From Escherichia phage VEc74, in the sequence record MT932213.1: 64,000 nt of DNA. One strand, given 5' to 3'. This document shows positions 57,181-64,000 of this stretch, in pieces. Each line of letters opens with the position of its first letter. Positions within the stretch are counted from its first letter, which is position 1. The notes under the pieces are model-generated. The model saw only the letters and a list, made by a program, of their open reading frames with translations, searched no databases and was not told where the DNA came from. The position numbers and the translations under genes are program-made.

Positions 57181-59271
57181 TTATCCTTGAACGAACTTGT
57201 AAGGCATGTTTGTAATATCTATGCAAGACGCAATAATTCCAAGAGATGATTCTACTTTCTGTTTAACATTTGATGAAACAAATGATGCAAAGTCAACTCT
57301 ATCTTCTATATCACCTGTCATTGTAACCAATTCACCAGTTTCCATTAAATGGTCTCCGTCATAGATTACCGATTCAGTGAGTTCTTCTGTGGTCATAACT
57401 TCAGCTTGAATGAGTTTTGTATTATTAGACGTGGTTCCGTCATTATTAGAAGCATCAATTATTTTATTAACTTTGACCATCAATCCGCGCGGTAGAATAA
57501 CTTCAGCTTCTGTTGCTATTCCGAGACTTCCTGGATATACAACATTAACTTTATGAGCTCCATCAATTGCCCATCCTATTTGAACTTTAACGTATTCAGG
57601 ATTTTCTTTATACGCTCTTATTTCGTTTGGATTAATAGTTATTCCTTCTTCATTTTTATCAACTGTTAATTCATTACGAGCTTCTGGTTCTAAAAGACCA
57701 ATACCAGCATGTGTAATTCCAAAACGTCCAAAAATGATAGGAGTTAAAGAAGTAGATACAAAATTTCTGAAATAGAACACTTTATTTTTAACTAGTGCTT
57801 CGTATATAGGAGCAGTCATACTTTGAGCACGATAAACTGTAATGCCTTCCGGTATGCGGTCACCATTTTCAAAAGCTGAATCTAAATTATTTATAGCAGA
57901 TTCAATTTCTTTTTCACTCATTACATCATATCGTTCTGGATTGTAACGACCTAAAAGAAGATTATTAATGTCTGTATATCCTGAACCGCAATATTCTCTA
58001 ATGCCACGCTTTTGTGATGGAGTATATTTAGAACCATCACGGGCAATAGTAATATCAATCATTGGACCAGCACCAATTCCAGAAAAGCTATAAATCATTC
58101 GTTTGAGGAATTTAGTTTTTGCTGCATTCCAGGCATTTTTAGTTATTTCTCCCCAGACTTCATCTGGCTGCCCTTTACGAGTTTTATTATGTTTATCAAG
58201 CCAATTATCTTTATATTCTTCAAAGAGTTGATTAACAGCTGCTGCGTATTTCTCTAAACATTTTATTGAAGTAGTTGGTTCATTTTTAATCGCATTAAGA
58301 ATTACATCTTTAATTTTTTCAGAAACTTCATCAACCTCACTTTTTGAAAAGAATTTATATTCATAGTGAAGTTCATTTGCAGTTCCTTCAGCAATAATTT
58401 TTGCTGCCTTAGTTTTAGAAGCTAATGAATTAATTCCAAGCTTCATTTCTTCTGCTTCGGGAATTAAAGGAGCAGTAGCAGGTTTATTAAAATTAGCTGC
58501 GGTAGATTCATACTTCTGGAATAATTCACTTTCAAATCTAGAAGATTCTAATGATTGACTTTGCGCAATTGCTCTACGGGAAATTTTAACTTTAACGATT
58601 ACAGCTTGATCAGAACGTTTATCATTTTCTTGCGCAATAGATGCTGCAATTGCCTCATTTTTAGTTACTTGAGCTCCAGTATCTTTATTGATATAAACAT
58701 CACCGACCTTCGATTCAACTTTAGTAAAGAGTTCGGTACTAATTTCCGGAACTCCTGGAATGTCTTCTAGTGATACATTTTTGCGATGTATAAGAATATA
58801 TGCATACTTTTTATCATAATCCCAGAGTTCCTTAAGAAGGACGTATCTGCCACCTGAACGACTACGGATAAGTCTATCAGCAATAACTTGAATTTGTCGA
58901 GCTTGACCAGCAGTTTTAGACTTAAGAATACGGAGCATACAAGCATCAATTTTATATTGACGCATTGTTTGCATTGCAACAGTAAAAACTGAATTGATAT
59001 AATTAATTGGACTTGGACCAAGACCTTTCAATTTAGCAATTGAACCTTTAGCAGTTAATGTAAAAGGAACAATATGCATCATTTTATCGCCCATCTTTAA
59101 ATCACGATTAGTATCACCTCCAGATGTATAGGTACATAAACGAAAGCCTGGTTGTTCAATTGCATCATCAACGTGAACTGAAAAAATTTGCGGTATTTTC
59201 TTCTTTGGATTTAAGTTTGTAATCGGAAGAGTAGTATCTTCGTCAAATAATTCTGTAATGAGTTCCATCAT
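57181..59271 (-). CDS. alt: Alt ADP-ribosyltransferase (injected head protein), 696 aa
   Basis: N-terminus MELITELFDEDTTLPITNLNPKKKIPQIF; R-S-ExE signature (YRAQS, FVSTSL, ATEAEVILPRG); late promoter upstream. Confidence 0.85.
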   Translation of the reverse strand: MMELITELFDEDTTLPITNLNPKKKIPQIFSVHVDDAIEQPGFRLCTYTSGGDTNRDLKMGDKMMHIVPFTLTAKGSIAKLKGLGPSPINYINSVFTVAMQTMRQYKIDACMLRILKSKTAGQARQIQVIADRLIRSRSGGRYVLLKELWDYDKKYAYILIHRKNVSLEDIPGVPEISTELFTKVESKVGDVYINKDTGAQVTKNEAIAASIAQENDKRSDQAVIVKVKISRRAIAQSQSLESSRFESELFQKYESTAANFNKPATAPLIPEAEEMKLGINSLASKTKAAKIIAEGTANELHYEYKFFSKSEVDEVSEKIKDVILNAIKNEPTTSIKCLEKYAAAVNQLFEEYKDNWLDKHNKTRKGQPDEVWGEITKNAWNAAKTKFLKRMIYSFSGIGAGPMIDITIARDGSKYTPSQKRGIREYCGSGYTDINNLLLGRYNPERYDVMSEKEIESAINNLDSAFENGDRIPEGITVYRAQSMTAPIYEALVKNKVFYFRNFVSTSLTPIIFGRFGITHAGIGLLEPEARNELTVDKNEEGITINPNEIRAYKENPEYVKVQIGWAIDGAHKVNVVYPGSLGIATEAEVILPRGLMVKVNKIIDASNNDGTTSNNTKLIQAEVMTTEELTESVIYDGDHLMETGELVTMTGDIEDRVDFASFVSSNVKQKVESSLGIIASCIDITNMPYKFVQG

Positions 59272-59292
59272 ATCCTCTCTAGTGTTTATTCT

Positions 59293-59300
59293 ATTTATAA
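59293..59300 (-). promoter_or_regulatory. late promoter TATAAATA upstream of alt
   Basis: Minus strand TATAAATA about 20 nt before the alt ATG. Confidence 0.65.
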
Positions 59301-59307
59301 AATTAAA

Positions 59308-59319
59308 GGCCCGAAGGCC
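59308..59319 (-). terminator. hairpin GGCCTTCGGGCC downstream of ORF 59321..59509
   Basis: Perfect inverted repeat with flanking AAA/TTT. Confidence 0.5.
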
Positions 59320-59320
59320 T

Positions 59321-59509
59321 TTAATAATCTATAGGTAAGAGAGTACGATATATTTCAAACTTTGGACCTTTTTCATAAGCATCAAAAGTTTCTGTGAATT
59401 TATTATAAGCATATGCATCGATAAATTCAATCATGATTTGTGATACAGAAGTAGAAACATCTCCACCTTCTTTTTGAGCCACGACAATTGTTTCTAAGTA
59501 AGCTTTCAT
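59321..59509 (-). CDS. hypothetical protein, 62 aa
   Basis: Six-frame ORF, ATGA overlap with the ligase stop. Confidence 0.5.
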   Translation of the reverse strand: MKAYLETIVVAQKEGGDVSTSVSQIMIEFIDAYAYNKFTETFDAYEKGPKFEIYRTLLPIDY

Positions 59510-60969
59510 AAACCAGTTACCTCATGAAAATCACCAAATACATCTTCGAACGTATTAGCTTTAGTTTTATCTTCGCGTAAACGAATCGCAATTGGAAGAA
59601 ATAATTTAACGTAATCAGTGCGGCCATCAGATTTTAACCAACCGTTGCATTCGCACTCTAGAATTTTTCCAATATAATAATTTTGGTTTTCCATAATGCG
59701 AGTACGGTCAAGTTCATGCGATTTTACACCGGCTTTATCTTTTAAGCCTGAACCAGCATTTACTTTAATTTTTCCACACTCTGACTCAAGAATAAATCCA
59801 CCTGCTTTAGTAGGGTCTTTACGGTGAGGATAAATTCCTACAATTTTTAAATCAACATCAATTACTTCTTTAAATTTATAGAGATTTTTTGAACGAGCAT
59901 TTTCCCATAATCCATCGATATTTTTGAGAATAATACCTTCAAGACCTTGGTCAATATACTTTTTATAAATTACCTTAGCTTCATCTAGGTTATTTACTAC
60001 CTGGTTTTCAATTAAAATTACTTTATCATATCCCGATGTCATTTGTTCTAGTTTAGAAAAACGTACATCATATTTCAAACGAAATGCTGGAAGACCGTAT
60101 ATTTCTACTAATGGAACATAATCCCAGACCTGAAACTTCATGCATTGTGCTTCTTTTTCTGAAATAGTTCCCTTTAAAGATTTATTGGCGATTCCATTAG
60201 AAGCAGTACGTGATTCAGCTACTTCAGCGAATTCTTTAACTTTACTGTTTTCAGGATGAGCATCAAAAAGAAAATCTAGGCCTTCTGGCTCCTTTTTAAC
60301 TTGCTCATGGTATACCAATTCGCCATCAATTAACACACCTTCTGGATGAATCTGGCGGGCTTCAGCGGTCATTTTGATTAACTCTTCTTTAAGAAGATCT
60401 AATCCTAGATATTCATTACCAGCTCGTGATAAAAGACGAACATCATCTAATTCATCGCCTCGGACTTCAGCAAAACACCGAGCTCCATCAGCTTTTAACT
60501 GCGCAAAAGCTGGAAACTTGATATTCTTACTAATGCCTTTTTCATCATAAGAACTTGCCAGCATTTGAGGTTGTTCAGGAATTAAACCTGGCCAAACTTT
60601 GTTTGCAATAGATACTGAAGCACCGCATTCAAGGTCTCGCATCATCACTCGACGCAAAACTTCAACATCATCTTTTTTACCATCGGTGATATATCCAGTT
60701 AATTCCTCAATTGCTGCATTTCCAGTCAATTTCCGAGTAGCTAATGTAAATTCAATGAAGTCAAGCATATCGGTAAGAGTCAACATTCCAAAACTCTGGG
60801 TAGCAATACCCGGTTTAGGCCATTTCTTGATATAATACTGTAACCCACGAGAATAAGTCAGACGATATACTCGTTTAAGCAATTCATTATCTTTATTCTT
60901 TTCAAGAATTGCTTGCTTCTGCTTAGTTGAACCAATAGATGCTATTTCGTTCAGAATTTTAAGAATCAT
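59506..60969 (-). CDS. 30: ATP-dependent DNA ligase (gp30), 487 aa
   Basis: Adenylation motif LKADGARC (KxDG); N-terminus MILKILNEIASIGSTKQKQAILEKNKDNELLKRVYRLTY. Confidence 0.95.
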   Translation of the reverse strand: MILKILNEIASIGSTKQKQAILEKNKDNELLKRVYRLTYSRGLQYYIKKWPKPGIATQSFGMLTLTDMLDFIEFTLATRKLTGNAAIEELTGYITDGKKDDVEVLRRVMMRDLECGASVSIANKVWPGLIPEQPQMLASSYDEKGISKNIKFPAFAQLKADGARCFAEVRGDELDDVRLLSRAGNEYLGLDLLKEELIKMTAEARQIHPEGVLIDGELVYHEQVKKEPEGLDFLFDAHPENSKVKEFAEVAESRTASNGIANKSLKGTISEKEAQCMKFQVWDYVPLVEIYGLPAFRLKYDVRFSKLEQMTSGYDKVILIENQVVNNLDEAKVIYKKYIDQGLEGIILKNIDGLWENARSKNLYKFKEVIDVDLKIVGIYPHRKDPTKAGGFILESECGKIKVNAGSGLKDKAGVKSHELDRTRIMENQNYYIGKILECECNGWLKSDGRTDYVKLFLPIAIRLREDKTKANTFEDVFGDFHEVTGL

Positions 60970-61235
60970 TGTTCATCCTTTAGAGTTTGGTTTACAGCTC
61001 TATTATAAATCAATTCATCATTAAGCTCAGTCAAAGACCTGTGGTACGTGGTTCTAACTTTATTTCCTTGCATCCAGTGCTTGACGTAAATGAAACCTTG
61101 CTCTACACATTTTTTAAAAATTCGTTCGTCTTTTTGAGCTCGGAATTCTGGATTGCATCTAAAAAATTGATTTACGTGACCGTAATCACGTGTAGTATTA
61201 CCTTCATTTTCATAAATAGTATGAACGACAAACAT
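60966..61235 (-). CDS. hypothetical protein, 89 aa
   Basis: Six-frame ORF, ATGA overlaps on both sides (operon). Confidence 0.55.
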   Translation of the reverse strand: MFVVHTIYENEGNTTRDYGHVNQFFRCNPEFRAQKDERIFKKCVEQGFIYVKHWMQGNKVRTTYHRSLTELNDELIYNRAVNQTLKDEQ

Positions 61236-62089
61236 TAGAATGCTCCTTGGAAAATATTATCACCACTACCACTAGTAAGTCTATTAAAATACCCTGCGTC
61301 GCCAGGCTTAATATAACTCCACGTATGGAATGGATGCATCTGATGTGAGTGTGTATAATATGGATGATATGGATTATAAGGATTAAATCCAGGAGTTCTC
61401 CAGGTAGTGTTCCAACGAAAAGAATCATTTTTAATCATCTTTTCAATTACATCTTTTATAGCTTTTTCACTATCAAAACTTTCTTTATTTTCCTTCGGTG
61501 AAAAAAGCTTATTCTCTACATCGTTCCATGTATAAACTCGCTGAGCGATTTTTGGAATACTGTCACGTTCCCCTCGAGCCATCCAATACACAGGAACACG
61601 TAATATTTCACTCGCATGATCGCAGTGGTGAGCGAGATCGTCAATATAACAAATTACGTTATATTTCTCTTTTGCCTTTTTGAACAACTCTTCTTTTGAA
61701 GAATCATGACCACACATCATTACTTCTGAGAAGGCACCAGGAAAAAGAGCATTCAAATTAAATTGGCGATTCAACAGAGCGTCAATAGAATCACCCAATG
61801 CTGTAACAGCTACAAAATTATAATCTTCTTTTAATTTGTTAATTACACACAGAGCATCTTTATATGGAGACAAGTAACGAATAAAATCTGATCGATTGTA
61901 TTTTTCAATTAACTTGACGCCAAGTTCTTCATCACAGTTAAAGAGTTTACCAGGAGAAATAAATTTCTCATCCTGGATCATTTTTAAAATATGTTCTAAC
62001 GGAAGATTATATTTCTGAGCAAAATAAGGAAGGCCTGATTGCCAGCTTAAACATACTCCATCAATATCAGTTAAAATAGTAGGCTTCAT
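61235..62089 (-). CDS. HAD-superfamily hydrolase-like protein, 284 aa
   Basis: N-terminal motif I LTDIDGV (DxDG[TV]) and a later YIDD motif. Confidence 0.6.
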   Translation of the reverse strand: MKPTILTDIDGVCLSWQSGLPYFAQKYNLPLEHILKMIQDEKFISPGKLFNCDEELGVKLIEKYNRSDFIRYLSPYKDALCVINKLKEDYNFVAVTALGDSIDALLNRQFNLNALFPGAFSEVMMCGHDSSKEELFKKAKEKYNVICYIDDLAHHCDHASEILRVPVYWMARGERDSIPKIAQRVYTWNDVENKLFSPKENKESFDSEKAIKDVIEKMIKNDSFRWNTTWRTPGFNPYNPYHPYYTHSHQMHPFHTWSYIKPGDAGYFNRLTSGSGDNIFQGAF

Positions 62090-62550
62090 AGAGAGTCTCT
62101 TAATAGGTTTAACACATCAATAAATTCAGCTTCGGTTAGTATTGTATCATCTTTTGTTAGACCACTAGCCATGCTGTGCTTCAAAACTTTTCCTTTCGAG
62201 GCTTGTAATGCATCACGAAAGCCCTTGTTTTGGATCGCTGCTTCAAAATATGCATTTGTGTATAATTCTTTCCACGCTGGGGAGTATCTTGAAAACGGAA
62301 CTCCAAGCCAGAAGAGGGTCCCACGGTCCTGAGCTCTAGCATAAGACCTTCCAGCTTGTTGGGCGGCAAGCCCGGATAACCCAAATATACGACGTTGTTG
62401 TTCAACATTTTTCACCTTACACCCTTGGAGGAATCCTTCGAGACCTCCAAATTGAATACCATCCATAACGAAAGGCCAATGGGCGAAATTACTTAATGCG
62501 CATGATGGCCATCTAAAATTGCTTCTAATCTCTAACTCAGACATTTTCAA
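62086..62550 (-). CDS. NADAR (YbiA/DUF1768)-like protein, 154 aa
   Basis: Motif block LSNFAHWPF...MDG...GLEGFLQ resembles the YbiA/NADAR FSNFxxWP signature as I recall it. Confidence 0.55.
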   Translation of the reverse strand: MKMSELEIRSNFRWPSCALSNFAHWPFVMDGIQFGGLEGFLQGCKVKNVEQQRRIFGLSGLAAQQAGRSYARAQDRGTLFWLGVPFSRYSPAWKELYTNAYFEAAIQNKGFRDALQASKGKVLKHSMASGLTKDDTILTEAEFIDVLNLLRDSL

Positions 62551-62743
62551 TGCTTATAATTTCAACATCAGCCCAATGACCATAGCAAGGAAGACGAAAT
62601 TCAACTGGCCAGTCACTGCCTTTTTCTAATATAATAGACTTAACTTGTGGTTCTTCGTGTTCATCGGTATACGGATTTTTATCTGTTACTTTATATGTGA
62701 CCTTAATGTACTGAATTCCAAAAATCTTATTAATTATATTCAT
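62537..62743 (-). CDS. hypothetical protein, 68 aa
   Basis: Six-frame ORF in overlapping operon. Confidence 0.45.
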   Translation of the reverse strand: MNIINKIFGIQYIKVTYKVTDKNPYTDEHEEPQVKSIILEKGSDWPVEFRLPCYGHWADVEIISIENV

Positions 62744-62937
62744 ACTAATTCCTTTAATCCGTAAATAGGAGATAATTCATCACCCATACGAAGGTCTTCA
62801 TTTCCATCTACCCAGGAAACAATATAAGCCTCTTTTATTTGAATACCACTCCATTTAAATGGAGGTAGAACCTTAGAAATTAATCCAGGTATACCAACTC
62901 CCTTTAATTCAACAGTTTGACCTAAAAAGAATTTCAT
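62740..62937 (-). CDS. hypothetical protein, 65 aa
   Basis: Six-frame ORF in overlapping operon. Confidence 0.45.
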   Translation of the reverse strand: MKFFLGQTVELKGVGIPGLISKVLPPFKWSGIQIKEAYIVSWVDGNEDLRMGDELSPIYGLKELV

Positions 62938-63224
62938 TAGAACCTCATCTGAAAACCGTGCGATTTAACATTACCGCCGCCAATATCAGAAATGTTAATT
63001 TCACGCGCAATTGAAGGGTCAATGTCAATTTCGCGATTGAGTTTAGTGATAGCTAAAGTATCACGCCCATTTACTGTACGGAATTCTAAAGGACAAACCA
63101 CATCAACGTAGTTTTTAATCGATTCGCTAGTAGGTTGCAAATGTGCAGGAAGGTCTTTAGGTGCCTTTGAGAAAACCACTTCACAGAAATTTTTGCGGGT
63201 ATCAAAATAAGTAGTCATAAACAT
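62937..63224 (-). CDS. hypothetical protein, 95 aa
   Basis: Six-frame ORF; GC hairpin upstream. Confidence 0.5.
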   Translation of the reverse strand: MFMTTYFDTRKNFCEVVFSKAPKDLPAHLQPTSESIKNYVDVVCPLEFRTVNGRDTLAITKLNREIDIDPSIAREINISDIGGGNVKSHGFQMRF

Positions 63225-63241
63225 AATATTTTCCTCAGTAA

Positions 63242-63255
63242 GGGGCCGAAGCCCC
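63242..63255 (-). terminator. GC hairpin GGGGCTTCGGCCCC
   Basis: Perfect inverted repeat between ORFs. Confidence 0.45.
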
Positions 63256-63265
63256 TCATTTATTT

Positions 63266-63631
63266 TTAAATATCAAATTCGTTAAGAACTACATCAAAGA
63301 TTGCTTCAAGATGCTCAGGTTTAGCTCTGTTACTCAGAATATGACGAATCCAAGTTTTAACTAAGAGTTTACGATTAACACCATTCCAGCAAGGATGAGT
63401 CCCTAAATCACGTTGACGGAAATCATCATCCAGAGCGATTTTAAAGTTGGAACCTTCCATCGTGATTGAAACCGTGATACCGTTTTCAAATCGCATATAA
63501 ACGTAGTTAGGAATCATATACTGTTCAATTTCGCATACTGATCCGTTTTGATGTTTCCAGAGGCAAATAGTATCAATAGAACCTGCAATACCATTAGAAA
63601 CATATTTACGTTCAAAGTTGATGTAGTTCAT
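63266..63631 (-). CDS. hypothetical early protein, about 121 aa
   Basis: Start trimmed to the ATG at 63629-63631 that follows the conserved leader tttattctcc. Confidence 0.55.
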   Translation of the reverse strand: MNYINFERKYVSNGIAGSIDTICLWKHQNGSVCEIEQYMIPNYVYMRFENGITVSITMEGSNFKIALDDDFRQRDLGTHPCWNGVNRKLLVKTWIRHILSNRAKPEHLEAIFDVVLNEFDI

Positions 63632-63666
63632 TTTATTCTCCAAGATGTTTAATTACGGTACAGGTA

Positions 63667-63696
63667 TATAATATCATATCCTGTACCAAAGTAAAC
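63667..63696 (-). promoter_or_regulatory. T4-type early promoter with hairpin GGTACAGG...CCTGTACC
   Basis: Minus strand GTTTAC, about 17 nt, TATTAT, and an inverted repeat around the -10. Confidence 0.55.
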
Positions 63697-63698
63697 AA

Positions 63699-63965
63699 TT
63701 ATTTTACTACTTTCCAATGCTGCATGTCAAGTTTACCAACTTTTTTCATCTTCTCAATTAAGCGTTCGGCACGTTGGCGAGCTGTAACATAATACCATTC
63801 ACCTAATTCATTTTGTTCAATTTTTCCAACGATTACTGTATTCAATTCATAAATCCAACCAGTAAAGAAATTATGAACTTGAATTGTAAAGGTGAAATCT
63901 GTTCCCATACCTTCTGTTGTTTCTACTTCAATAATATCACCTTCAACCGCCATTAAGAACCACAT
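63699..63965 (-). CDS. hypothetical protein, 88 aa
   Basis: Six-frame ORF at the window edge. Confidence 0.45.
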   Translation of the reverse strand: MWFLMAVEGDIIEVETTEGMGTDFTFTIQVHNFFTGWIYELNTVIVGKIEQNELGEWYYVTARQRAERLIEKMKKVGKLDMQHWKVVK

Positions 63966-64000
63966 AGTTTCATCATATTTACCATTGAAGCATTTAGTTT

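Noticed and set aside
63966-64000. Possible further minus-strand gene at the right edge
   Set aside because: Only 35 nt are available; cannot be supported

Overview
This window is a segment of a T4-like (T-even) myovirus genome, identified from gene order and protein sequences I recognise; no database search was run. Left ~7 kb, minus strand: a 3'-truncated ORF, three small early ORFs, a nine-gene tRNA cluster with a terminator, an HNH homing-endonuclease gene abutting tRNA-Leu, three unknown genes plus a small membrane ORF, and a tandem array of four internal-protein (Ip)-like genes, each with its own T4-type early promoter and stem-loop leader. Then 57B, 57A, gene 1 (dNMP kinase), 3, 2, 4. 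From 9.7 to 40.2 kb, plus strand: the late structural module 53, 5, 5.1, 5.4, 6-12, wac, 13-18, an inserted HNH endonuclease gene, 19, 20, 67, 68, 21-24. Then rnlB, hoc (with an extra tandemly duplicated Ig-like domain), inh, a GIY-YIG segE-like gene, uvsW, uvsW.1, uvsY.-2, uvsY.-1, uvsY, baseplate hub genes 25, 26, 51, 27, 28, 29, 48, 54, two tandem full-length Alt-family ADP-ribosyltransferase genes, DNA ligase (30), and a block of overlapping small early genes including HAD-like and NADAR-like proteins. Late promoters (TATAAATA), a MotA-type middle promoter and many GC-rich hairpins are visible. The most interesting candidates for a poorly described system are the accessory loci: the Ip array with the unknown genes beside it, the paired Alt genes, and the NADAR-like gene. 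All coordinates come from manual reading of the sequence and the supplied ORF track; tRNA folds were done by hand.
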